A stretch of 64,000 nt of DNA, taken from the human T2T-CHM13v2.0 reference genome, Homo sapiens. This document shows positions 43,389 to 56,204 of this stretch, piece by piece. Under the pieces are notes generated by a model. It worked only from the letters and a program-made list of their open reading frames with translations. It searched no databases and was not told the origin of the DNA. A program made the translations under genes and the position numbers. Location of the stretch: the NCBI RefSeq assembly GCF_009914755.1, contig NC_060926.1. One strand, given 5' to 3'. Position 1 is the stretch's first letter, and each line of letters opens with the position of its first letter.

Positions 43389-46300
43389 TTTTGGATAGCA
43401 ACCAGAAAAGCATTTGTATGGGATAAAACTAACATGTACAGCACTTAATTGAAGTCCTAAAAAAAATAAACAGCTATGACTAAGCTTGCCCATGATCAGA
43501 CAATGGCAGCTACATGATGACCACTACTTGACTACCAGCGACTAAAGCAAATATCAGTTGTAGAAGGCAACTCTATTTTATTTATTATTGTTTTTAAAAT
43601 TAATTTTTTTACTTCAATAGTTTTTGGGGTACAGGTCATTTTTGGTTACATGGATAAGTTGTTTAGTGGTAATTTATGAGATTTTGGTGCACCCATCACC
43701 CAAGCAGTGTACACTGTACCCAATGTGTGGTCTTTTATCCTTCCCCCCAAGTCCCTGAAGTCCATTATATCATTATTATTCCTTTGCATCTTTATAACTT
43801 AGCTCTAACTTATAAGTGAGAACATACGATATTTAGTTTTTATTCCTGAGTTACTTTAGTTAGAATAATGGCCTCCAGCTCCCTCCAAGTTGCTGAAAAA
43901 GACATTATTTTGTTACTTTTTTGGCTGAGTAGTATTTCCTGTTGTATGTATATCACATTTTCCTTTTCTACTTGATGGTTCATGGGCACTTAAGTTGGGT
44001 CCATATCATTTGCAATTGCAAATTGCACTGCTTTAAACATGGGTGTGCAAGTGTCTTTCTCATATAATGACTTCTTTTCCTTTGGATGGCTACCCAGTAG
44101 TGGGATTGCTGGATCGAATGGTAGTTCTACTTTTAGCTCTTTAAGAAATCTCCGTACTGTTTTCCATAGTGGTTGTACTGGTTTACATTCTCACCAGCAG
44201 TGTAAAAGTGTTCCCTTTTCACCACATTCACACCAACATCTATTGTTTTCTGACTTTTTAATTATGGCCATACTTGCAGGAGTAATGTAGTATCACACTG
44301 TGGTTTTAATTTGCATTTTCCTGATCATTAGTGATGTTAAACATTTTTTCATGTGTTTGTTGGCAGCTTGTATATCTTCGTTTGAGAATTGTCTATTCAT
44401 GTTATTTTCCCACCTTTTAATGGGATTGTTTTTTTCTTGCTGATTTGTTTGAGTTTATTGTAGATTCTGGACATTAGTCGTTTGTTGGATACATAGTTTG
44501 TGAATTTTTTCTCCCACTCTGGGGGTTGTCTGTTTACTTTGCTGATTATTTCTTTTGCTGTGCAGAAAATGTTGGGTTTAATTAGGTCCCACATATTCAT
44601 TTTTTTTTTTGTTACATTTGCTTTTTGGGCTTTAGTCATGAATTATTTGCCTAAGCCAATGTCTAGAGAAGTTTTTCCAATCTTGTCTTCTAGAATTTGT
44701 ATGGTTTCAGGTCTTAGATTTAAGTCTTTGATCCATCTTTAGTTGATTTTTGTATAAGGTGAGAAGTGAAGATCCAGTTTTATTCTCGTACATGTGGCTT
44801 GCCAGTTTTCCCAGCACCATTTGTTGAATAGGGTGTTCCTTCCTCACTTTGTTTTTACATGCTTTGTTGAAGATCAATTGGCTGAAAGTGTTTGGTTTTT
44901 ATTTCTTGGTTCTCTATTCTATATCATTGGTCTATGAGTCTATTTTTATACCAGTATCATGCTGTTTTGATAACTGTAGACTTGTAGTATAATTTGAAGT
45001 TATGTAATGTGATGCCTCCAGATTTCTTCTTTTTCTCTTTGTATTGCTTTGGCTATGTGGGTTCCTTTCTGGTTCCATATGAATTTTAAGATTTTTTTTT
45101 CTAGTTCTGTGAAGAATGATAGGGGTATTTTGATGGGAATTGCATTGAATCTGTAGATTCCTTTGGGCAGTATTGTAATTTTCACAATCTTGATTCTACA
45201 TACCCATGAGCATGGGATGTGTTTCCATTTGATTTGTCATCTACGATTTCTTTCAACAGCATTTTGTAGTGTTCCTTGTAGAGAATTTTTGCCTACTTGG
45301 TTAAGTAGATTTCTAAGTATTTTATTTATCATTTTTTGTAGCTGTTGTAAAAGGGATTGAGTTCTTGATTTGGTTCTCAGGTTGGTCATTGTTGATTATA
45401 GCAATGCTACTAATTTGTGCACATTGATTTTGTATCCTGAGATAAAGTAAATGAATTTATCAGATCTAGGAGCTTTTTGAATGGGTCTTTCTAGGTATAC
45501 AACCAGTCATATCATTGGTGAAGAGTGACAGTTTGACTTCCTGTTTTCCAATTTGGGTGCCTTTTATTTTTTTCTCTTGTCTGAGTGCTCTGGCCAGGAC
45601 TTCCAGTAATATGTTGAATAGAAATGCTGAGAGTGGGCATCCTTATCTTGTTCTAGTTCTTAGAAGGAATGCTTTCAACTTTTCCCCATTCAGTATGATG
45701 TTGTATATGATAGGTTGTCATATATGGCTTTTATTACTTTGAGGTAAGTCCCTTCTATGCATATTTTTGAGGGCTTTTATCGTAAAGATTTTTATCACAT
45801 GCTTTTTTACTATCTACTGAGATGTGCATGTGCTTTTCATTTTTAGTTCTGTTCATGTGTTGTATCACATTTATTGACTTGTGTGTGTTAAACCATATCT
45901 CCATCCCTAGTATGAAACCCATCTGATCATGGTTTATTATCTTTTTGATATGCTGATGAATTTGGTTAGCTAGATTTTTGTTGAGAATTTTTGCATCTAT
46001 GTTCATTAGGGATATTGGTCTGTAGTTTTCTTTTTTGTTGTTATGTCCTTTCCTGGTTTTGGTATTAAGGTGATACTGGCTTCATAGAATGATCTAGGGA
46101 GGATTCACTCTCTCTCTGTCTTTTAGAATACTTTCAGTAGGATTGGTATTAATTCTTCTTTGAATTCAGCTATGAATCCATCTGGTCCTGGACTTTTTTT
46201 TTCCTTGGCATTTTTTTTTAAATTATTGATTCAATTTTGCTTCTCATTGGTCATTCAGGGTTTCTATTTCTTTCTGATTTAATCCAAGAAGATTGTATAT

Positions 46301-48906
46301 TTCCAATAATTTATCTCCTCTAGATTTTTCTAGTTTGTGTACATAAAGGTGTTCATAGTGGCCTTGAATGATCTTTTATATTTCTGTAGTATTGGTTGTA
46401 ATATCTCCAGTTTCATTTCTAATTCAGCTCATTTGGATCTTTTCTCTTCTTTTCTTGGCTACTCTTACTAATGACCTATCAATTTTCTTTAATCTTTTCA
46501 AAGAACCAGCTTTTTGTTTCATTTATCTTTTGTACAGTTTTTTTGTTTGTTTGTTTTAATTTCATTTAGTTCTGCTCTGATCTTTGTTATTTCTTTTCTT
46601 TGGCTGGGTTTAGGTTTAATTTGTTCTTATTTCTCTAGTTCTTTGAGCTGTGACCTTAGATTGTCTATTTGTGCTCTTTCAGACACTTTGATGTAGACAT
46701 TTAACGCTATGAACTTAGAACAACTTTTGCTGTATCCCAGAGGTTTTGATAAGTTGCATCACTATCCTTCATTTTTAAAATATTTTAATTTCCATCTTGA
46801 TTTTATCATTAATCCCAAAGTTATTCAATAGCAGTTTATTTAATTTTCATGTATTTGTATAGTTTTGAGGGTGCCTTTGCAGTTGATTTCCAGTTTTATT
46901 TCACTATGGTCTGATAAGATACTTGATATGATTTTTATTTTCTTAAATTTATTGAGACTTGTTTTGTGGCCTATCATATGGTCTACCTTGGAGAATGTTC
47001 TATGTGCTGATGAGAAAAATGTATATTCCACAGTTGTTGGGAAGAGTGTTCTATAAATATCTGTTAAGTGTATTCATTGTAGGGTATAGTTTAAGTCCAC
47101 TGTTTCTTTGTTGCCTTTCTGTTTTGATGATCTGTTTAGTTCCATCAGTGGAGTATTGAAGTGCCCCACTATTATGGTGCTGCTATCTATCTTATTTCTT
47201 AGGTCTAGTAGTAGTTGTTTTATAAACCTGGGGGTTCTAGTGTTATGTACATATACATTTAGGATTGTAGTATCTTCCTGTTAGACTAATCCTTTCATCA
47301 TTATATAATGTCCTTTGTCTTTTTTCTTTTTTTACTGTTGTTGCTTTAAATTCTGTTTTGACGGTTTAATAATAGCTACTTCTGCTCACTTTTGGTTTCC
47401 ATTTGTATGGAAAAAGCTTTTTCCGCCCCTTTACCTTAAGTTTTTGTGAGTCCTTATTGTTATGTGAGTCCCTTGAAGACAACAGATACTCACTTGGTGG
47501 TGTTTTTATCCATTCTGTTATTCAGCATCTTTTAAGTGGAGCATTTAGGCCATTTATATTCAATATTAATATTGAGATATGAGGCACTGTTCTATTCATC
47601 ATGTTAGTTGTTACCTACATACTTTTTTTTTCATTGTGATATTGTTTTATAGGCCCCGTGACATTTATGCTTTAGGGAGGTTCTATTTTGGTACACATTG
47701 AACTTTTGTTTCAAAGTTTGGAGCTCCTTTCAGCATTTCTTGTAGTGCTGTTTTGGTAGTAGCAAATTCTCTCAGTATTTGTTTGTCTGAAAAAGACTTT
47801 ATTGTTCCTTCATTTATGTAACTTAGTTTTGCTGGAGACAAAATTCTTGGCTGTTAATTGTTTTGTTTAAGGAGACTGAATATGGGACCCCAAATCCCTT
47901 CTAGTGTATAGGGCGTCTGCTGAGAAATCTGTTGTTAATATGATAGCTTTTCCTCTATAGGTTACCTGATGCTTTTATCTCACAGCTCTTCAGATTCTTT
48001 CTTTCGTCTTGACATTAGATAGCCTGATGTGATGAGCCTTTTGCAAAAATTTCCCAGGGGTTCTTTGACCTTCTTATATTTGGATGTCTAGATCTCTAGG
48101 AAGGCCAGGGAAGTTTTTCTGAATTATTTCCTCAAATAAGTTTTCCAAACTTTTAGACTTCTCTTCTCCCTCAGAACATCAATTATTCTTAGGTTTGGCT
48201 GTTTTACATAATCTCATATTTCTTAAATACTTTGTTCATTTTTTAAAAATCCTTTTTTCTTTGATTGGGTTAATTCAAAAGCCTTCTCTTTAAGCTCTGA
48301 AAATTTTCCTTCTACTTGTTGTAGTCTATTGTTGAAAATTTTAACTGCATTTTGTATTCCCCTAAGAGTGTCTTTCATTTCCAGAGATTCTGATTTTTTT
48401 TTAAGATTTATGATATCTATTTCCCTGGAAAATTTTTCATTCACTTCCTGAACTGTTTTTTAAATTTCTTTAAGTTGTTTTTCACCTTTCTCTTGTATCT
48501 CCTTGGGTAGCTTAACAATCAACTTTCTGAATTCTTTATTTGGTATTTCAGAGATTTCTTCCTGGCTTAGATTCATTGCTGAGGAGCTAGTGTGATTTTC
48601 TGTGCATGTTATAGGTCCCTGTTTTGTCAAATTACCGGAATTACTTTTCTGGTTTCTTCTCATTTGGGTAGACTGTTTCTTCAAATTATTCTTGAATTTA
48701 TTTTTGATTGGACTGTGTTTTTTTTTTGTTTTTTAAGTTTCTTTTTTTCCCCCTCTTAAGAATCTTAAGTTTAATGTTTATAGTTTATTTTAGCCTAATT
48801 TAATTCTTGGTGCTTTAGAGGTAAAGACTCTGAATGAGTTCCTTAGTTACAGTGAGTCTTTGTGTGCTTGCTCTCTTAGATGCTGGTTGTAGTAGTTATG
48901 TACTCG

Positions 48907-49833
48907 TGAGAGATGACAACATGGTAACAGCCCTCGCTCGCTCTAGGTGCTTCCTCAGCCTCGGCATCCACTCTGGCTGCGCTCCAGGAGCCCTTCAGCC
49001 CACCAATGCTCTGTGGGAGCACCTCTCTGGGGCTGGCAGAGGCCGGAGCTGGCTTCCTCTGCTCCCAGGGAGGTGTGGAGGGAGAGGCGCGGGCGGGAGC
49101 TGGGGCTTCGAGCGGGGCCGGCACATCTCCGGGTGGTCGTGGGCTCAAAGGGCCCTGGCGCTCCTGGGCCAGCACGGGTTCAGGGTGGGCGCGGGCTCCG
49201 GGGCCCCGCACACTGAGCGGCCGGCCAGTGTCTGCTGGGCTTGATCAGGGAGGAGCTCCCTCTGGGCTGCCCCAGTGCCCAGGCTAGGTGCTGCAAAGTC
49301 CCCTGGCCAGTGCCATTGAGAAGTGAAACTGGCTGGGCTTCTGGAACAGGTGGGGACTTGGAGAACTGTTCTGTCTAGCTCAAGGTTTGTAAATGCACCA
49401 ATCAGCACTCTGTCAAAATGGACCAATCAGCTCTCTGTAAAATGGACCAATTAGCTCTCTGCAAAATGGACCAATCAGTAGGATGTGGGTGGGGCCAGAT
49501 AAGGGAATAAAAGCAGGCCAGGGGCCATCGGCTGAAACTGACTCACCTCCAGCTTTGGTTTTTAGCTTTTCGCAATAAATCTTGCTGCTGCTCACTCTTT
49601 GGGTCGGTGCAGGCTTTTATGAGCTGTAACACTCACCACTAAGGTCTGCAGCTTCACTCCTGAAGCCAGTGACACCATGAACCCACCAGAAGGAAGAAAC
49701 TCTGGACATGTCCGAACATCTGAAGGAACAAACTCCGGTCACACCATCTTTAAGAACTGTAACACACACTGCAAGGGTCCGCGGCTTCATTCTTGAAGTC
49801 AGCAAGACCAACAACCCACCAATTCTGGACATA
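48907..49833 (+). mobile_element. LTR12 (ERV9; LTR12D/E-like) solo LTR nested in L1PB
   Basis: tgagagatgacaac..cagccctcgctcgctc start; GC-rich U3; tandem ggaccaatcagc repeats; U5 tgtaacactcac repeats; ends ccaattctggacata. Confidence 0.92.
49398..49512 (+). promoter_or_regulatory. LTR12 core promoter
   Basis: CCAAT at 49398, 49423, 49447 and 49471; GGGTGGGG 49487-49494; AGATAA 49497-49502; TATA-like AATAAAA 49506-49512; activity not shown. Confidence 0.65.
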
Positions 49834-52244
49834 GTTGGTGTGTGGGCAAGCTCACTGTCTCCTATGGGGTTGGGATGGCGGGGATCTCTTGAAGCTCACC
49901 TCATTCTGTCATAGTGTAGAGTTTATTTCTTTCTGTAATTTTTTCCCATATTTTATTTACTGATTTGGTGATCAGGCTTCAGGCCAATAGGGGAGGTATC
50001 TTTGGGCAGGCACTGGTTGTAGCTAAGGCACATGGGCAGAGGTCCCAGCCTTGATGAAGTGCTTAAGGGTGCTCTCAAATATGGTGAGGTGTTATCAACA
50101 TGAAAGTTGGGAGCTCAGCCAGGTCTGTAGGAAAGTTATCCACCTCACAGCCTCACTTCTGTCCCCAGTGTTCCAGCTATTCAAATCGTACAGGCATCTC
50201 TTTTCCATTATAGTAATGTTGATCTTCCAAATAGGAATTGACTGCCTGAATCTGGAAAGTGCTCCTCCTGTGGGGCTGCAATCACCCTGAATTGTTCCAG
50301 GAAGGCTGTTTATCGGTGCATCCGTGCTTTGTTCCCATGGGAGAAGCCCCAGCTACATTTGCAGTGGTTTGCAGTGGTGTACCAGAGGGGAAAGTATCCC
50401 TTCTCCAAGGCCTTTCATAATCACAGAGGCTGCCAGTCTGTTGGGGTATAGGTGGAGACTTTCCCTATTATGACCAGCATTGCAATTGTGTCTCTGCTGT
50501 AAGAAACTTCCCACCAGCAGAAAGATCTGGGACTCGGGACCACCATTGATACTCTTTTGTCCCACAGGGTATTCCCTTGATATATGGTGCTTTCCCCCTT
50601 GCCCTAGGAATGAGACTTCCTGAGAGCTGAACTGCAGTGATTGTTATTGCTCTTCTGGGTCTAGCCACCCAGTGGGGCTATGAGACTCTTAGATGTAGTG
50701 CTGGGGAAAGTCTGCAAAAGATCCAGTGATGTGATCTGTCTTCATGTCTCCGAAAAGTAGATACCAGCACCTGCTCTGACGGGTGTGGCAGGGGAATGAC
50801 GTAGACTCTCTGAGATTCCTGGATTGTAGATGGGTTTAGTGTGCTGGCTTTCTCGAATGCTGGTTATACTAGCAGTGAACTTGTCATGGGGACAGACACA
50901 GGACCCTCTGGTTAGCTGAGGTGTTGCAGGCAGTCGTGTTAGCTGAGATCCTGCAGCTATTTTCTCCTTCCTGGGCAAGGTGTAATCCTTTCCAGAGGAG
51001 AGGTATTGTAATGGCCTGAGTGGTTTGGCCTCTAGCCATGTGGTGGTACTTTCAAGAGAGAAGCAGCTGCAGTATTAGCAGTGGGATCTGAGCTTGCCCT
51101 AACGTGGCTAGGGGAAGTATTCTGGTTTCTTAGGTGATGGGCAAGTGTATAATACTCCCAAACCTTATGTCTTCTGTGTTCCGCTACTAGAACAGGTGGA
51201 GAAATAGCATCACGTAGGGGCAGGATTAGGCAGATCTGAGCTCTGACTCTCCTTGGGTGCTGCCAGCCATGGCCACTGTGGAGAATGGGGCATGGTTCTC
51301 AGGCCACTGGGGTAATGTTCCTGAAGGGAGTATAACTGCTTCTGCTTGCAAAAGAGTTCACAAAGGGACTGGGGAGTAGTGGGCAGCAGTAAGCCTCACC
51401 TAGCTCCCATGCAGTTGGCAAGGCTGGTCTCATTCCTGCAGTGCCCCACTAACAGTACCAGGTGGCAGATCTAGGCACTCTGTACACAGAACTCAGAGCT
51501 GCCCCACACCATAGGTTTCCCCTCAGATAGCAAACACAGGGGCTTTCAGGCCCCGCCCCTCCCCATCTGCTCATAAGACTGACCGCTCAGCTCCTGTCTG
51601 CCACACATTTCCCTCTTGCCCTGGATTCTGTTCAAGGGAGTTCGTCCCCATCAAAATTACATCACAAATTTCAGTTGGGAACTTCTTTCACCCTGCGACT
51701 CTTCCCTATGTTCACTGGCTGACTTCCCCAAGGGCCCCTGTGAGATACAGTCAAGGATGGCTTCCCTGGGCTTGCACTGGAGACTGGGAATGCTGGCAAG
51801 TCTCTTCCCACTGCTGCTTCTACCTTTATATTTCACATGGCTCCCAAAATCTATTCCAGCTCTTGATTGGGTTAAGGCCTTCCCCCATGCATGTTCTGGA
51901 TTTTCAGATTCCCTGGTGTGGATGTATGCTCAGAAGCAGGCTCTTCCTCTCTCACACTCTAGAAACTTAGTTTTTTACCTGTCTCATGGGGTAGGCTGCA
52001 GCCTACAGCTTTTTTGAAAGGGTTTGTGGATTCTTTTAGTTTTCCTGGTAAGTTCCTGTGGTGGTTCTTGGGGGGAAAAAGTATTCACAGTGTGAGTCTT
52101 TACCCACTATTCTGTCCTTCCAAGTGGGAGAGTCACGCCAGTACTGCCTCCTATATGCCATCTTGAGGAAAAAAAAAAGGCAACTCTATTTTACACAGTT
52201 ATTAAAGCATGCTTGGAAAATGAGCCTTGGAATCAATAAAATCA

Positions 52245-53225
52245 GAGCATATTCCTCTGCTTATTCTACATTCTTACTTGCACAGCTTAGAGACAAGCCA
52301 AACTCACCATGCCACAAACAGAATGTTTAGCTCACTAACCCCCAAAATTTACTCCTACTCAGTTTTCCCCAAGATCGCTCATTAGACATACCATGTTCCC
52401 TGTCACTCAGGCAAAACAAACAGAAAACAAAAATAAAAATGAGCTGTTTTAAATTCCCCATTTCTTTCATTTCCAAAATTGAACTTATCCGTAGGTCTTA
52501 CCAGTTCTTCATTATTAAATATTCCTCATCTGTCTACTTCCTATTCCACTCCACTACAGCCTCTTTACAACAGCATCACCTCTTGTCCAGAGAGCCAATG
52601 AGTCTCCCTGTTTCTATTCCTGAACACTATCTTTAAATCTTAAAAAAGATCATGGTACTCTCTACTTCACAATCTTTCAATGGTTTACCCTACACCAATA
52701 GTTAAAGCCCAAGTCTTTACATTGATCTTCAAAACCCCACATGGACGGGCCCTGCCAATCTTCCCATCTCATGTATCATTCTACTCCTGCTACACTAGCT
52801 TTCTTACTCTTACTCAGCAAGGACAGGCTACTTGCTTCTCCATCCTGCAGAGCCTTTGCACTTGCTGCCACTTCTTCCTGGAACACTCCAATACCACCTC
52901 TAGCAAGGCACTGTCTTCACTTCTGTTCCCATCTCTGTGTACCAGTCCCCTTAGTCAGAAAGCTATTATTGTCCATTTTACCTAAATAGTGCATTTCCTC
53001 CCCAGCCAGTTCCTGACTTCTTTCTCTGCTTTATTTCCTAGACATAAAACTTATTTTCACTTGGGATTATGCTACCTATCTCTACTTTTGTTTGTATGAT
53101 TTTTCAAGAATGTAAGCTGCCCAAGAAAAGTTTTGATCCATCTTAATCATGTCCACTGTTCTGTATTTGAAACACTGGCTGGCACACAGTCAAATCTGAG
53201 TAAGTGTTTATTTAATGAATAAATG
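52245..53225 (+). mobile_element. L2 3' portion
   Basis: aaactcaccatgcc...gcctttgcacttgctg...tgtaagctgccca...ctggcacac...gtttatttaatgaataaatg (L2 3' terminus). Confidence 0.7.
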
Positions 53226-53234
53226 CACACTGAT

Positions 53235-53430
53235 CCAGGAGCAGAAGAACTTGCGTCTAAATCTTGGCTGGCTACTTTCCCTGTTGTGGTTGTTCTTATT
53301 AACTTTGTTTTCTTATCTGTTAAATGGGAAGATAATACTTATTTCACACAGTTTTGGTAAGAAATTCTTCAAAGATTTTGGATGTTAAGTATTATGTGTA
53401 GTACAGAAGAACTAACAAATATCAGTTTTT
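53235..53430 (+). mobile_element. MIR
   Basis: gttttcttatctgttaaatgggaagataatacttatttcac. Confidence 0.55.
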
Positions 53431-54063
53431 TATTTTATCTGTTATTTCTTTATAATGTAGAAATGATAAATTGTTTCTTTCTATTGTTAAACAGGTTGAA
53501 ACTACCATCAAATGAAATAATGAGGGCACTTTGAATACTCATTTATGAAATATGAAGCTTTTTATTTTTCCACGCAGGAAGGGTAAAAGAAAACTAGAAA
53601 AAAATCATTCCTTAGTCTTTCAGTAATTGGTCCTTTCTTCAAACAGTCAAGAGAACAAGAGTTTTACCTTATTATTTTTTATTCTAAGTAATCATGAAGA
53701 ACATGTTTTAGGTAATATGATGATACAAATACTTTTCTACTGAAGTCGGGAAAAGAGCCAGCCAGAAGGGCATAATTTTGAAACGTGATATTTTGTTCTG
53801 TTTCTCCATAGCTTGGTCTTTAAAAAAAAAAAGAGAGACTTATGCAATAGCAGGATTGAGACATGTGGATTAAGGTAAAGAAATGCATCAATCAAAGCAC
53901 ATTTATTTTAAATGTGCCAGACAGGCCTCCAGCCTTCACAATTTTTCTCTATCAACATCTCACATTTGGCTAAACTCCATTCTTAGAAATGGACTCCCTT
54001 TGGAATTTCAATTTTTGGGTGGGGGGTGGTGGTTTAACATTGCAAATAAAATTAGAATACACT

Positions 54064-54200
54064 ATTTTCTTCTTTCTTTCCTTTCTTTCTTTTTCTTTTT
54101 TTCTTTCTTTCTCTTTTTCTCTTTTTCTTTCTCTTTCTCTTTGTTTCTCTCACTCCCTCGCTCCCTCCCTTCCTTTTTCTTTCTCTTTCTTTCTCTCTCA
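54064..54200. repeat. CT-rich polypyrimidine tract, (TTTC)n
   Basis: Directly visible. Confidence 0.9.
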
Positions 54201-54765
54201 CACAATGAAGAGTTCTGTTTTTGATTATTCCCAAGGAATAAGCCAGATTGCTTGGAAAGAGATAAGTGAATATTAGCATTTCTGCTTATGTAAACATTTA
54301 CATTTATTTATATTTTTGTTCATTTTATAGTTTCAATAATTTTAAAATATTAAGTATCATATACTCAAGCTATATAAAATATTAAAATATAGTACATATT
54401 ATTGCATAATATATAGATACTATACACTTAATAAGTAGCATATATATTACAATGTGGTACTAAGTAATTATATATATAGGTAGCACATGGTAAAAATACA
54501 TTATGTTTATTAACAGGATAAAATCTGAACTCCTTTTTAATGCATTGCATAAAATCTTTGACTTTTTTTTCCTTCTGCAACAGTTTATACTTAAATAAAA
54601 TAGCACTAAAGTGTTTTGAGTTCCTGGACACTTGGGTGTAACCTTATGCCTCCCTGCATTTGCATCCCTAGGTTCTCTGCCTAGAGCCTCTTTTTCTTCT
54701 CTGCCTACAAATTCTTACACCAAATGTAAATGGAACCTCAGCTTCTCTGGGAAGTGCTCCCTGAC

Positions 54766-54940
54766 TTTTTAAACAGATTTATTGAAATATAATTTACACA
54801 CCCTAAAATTCACATATTTAAAGTGTACAATTCATGATTTTAGTATATCCAGAGTTGTATCCTCATCACTACTATTTAATTCCAGAACATCATTCCCAAA
54901 AGAAACCCCTGGCTTATTAACAGTCACTCTCCACTCTTCT
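54766..54940 (-). mobile_element. L1MB-type 3' end
   Basis: tttattgaaatataatttaca..aaaattcacatatttaaagtgtacaattca. Confidence 0.75.
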
Positions 54941-55875
<935 letters not shown>

Positions 55876-56054
55876 CCTACTATACACCCAGACCAAAAAA
55901 AAAAAAAAAAAACTGTCAGAGAAAACTAAGCAGAAAACTAAAAACTTTAATAAATAGAATATGCCTCATGTAAGTGTGTTTTCCATATTCTGAGTCTAAC
56001 TTGGTCTTTAGAACTCAAGTTTCCAGAGACTTTTTAGAAAATGTCACTATTGTT

Positions 56055-56204
56055 GGCTGGGCCTGGTGGCTCATGCCTGTAATCCCAACATTTTGGGAGG
56101 CTGAGATGGCAGGATAACTTGAGTCTAGGAGTTTTGAGACCAGCCTGGGCAACATAGTTAGGCTTCATCTCTATAAAAAAAAGAAAAAAAAAAAGAAAGA
56201 AAAA
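56055..56204 (+). mobile_element. FLAM_C / Alu left monomer
   Basis: Single monomer followed by A-rich tail. Confidence 0.85.

Larger units (their letters stand above)
43581..52176 (-). mobile_element. Full-length L1PB-type LINE-1 (inactive) with long 5' UTR
   Basis: L1PB 3' UTR (tttttggggtacagg..ggttacatggataagt); ORF2/ORF1 remnants; 5' terminus gccatcttg at 52157-52165; perfect 17-bp TSD aaggcaactctatttta at 43564-43580 and 52177-52193. Confidence 0.92.

Noticed and set aside
48834-49426. Overlapping GC-rich ORFs and a CpG-island-like patch suggesting a gene 5' end
   Set aside because: Fully explained by the GC-rich U3 of LTR12
49395-49480. Regularly spaced 24-bp repeats resembling a CRISPR-like array
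   Set aside because: Head-to-tail LTR12 CCAAT repeats with no unique spacers, in eukaryotic DNA
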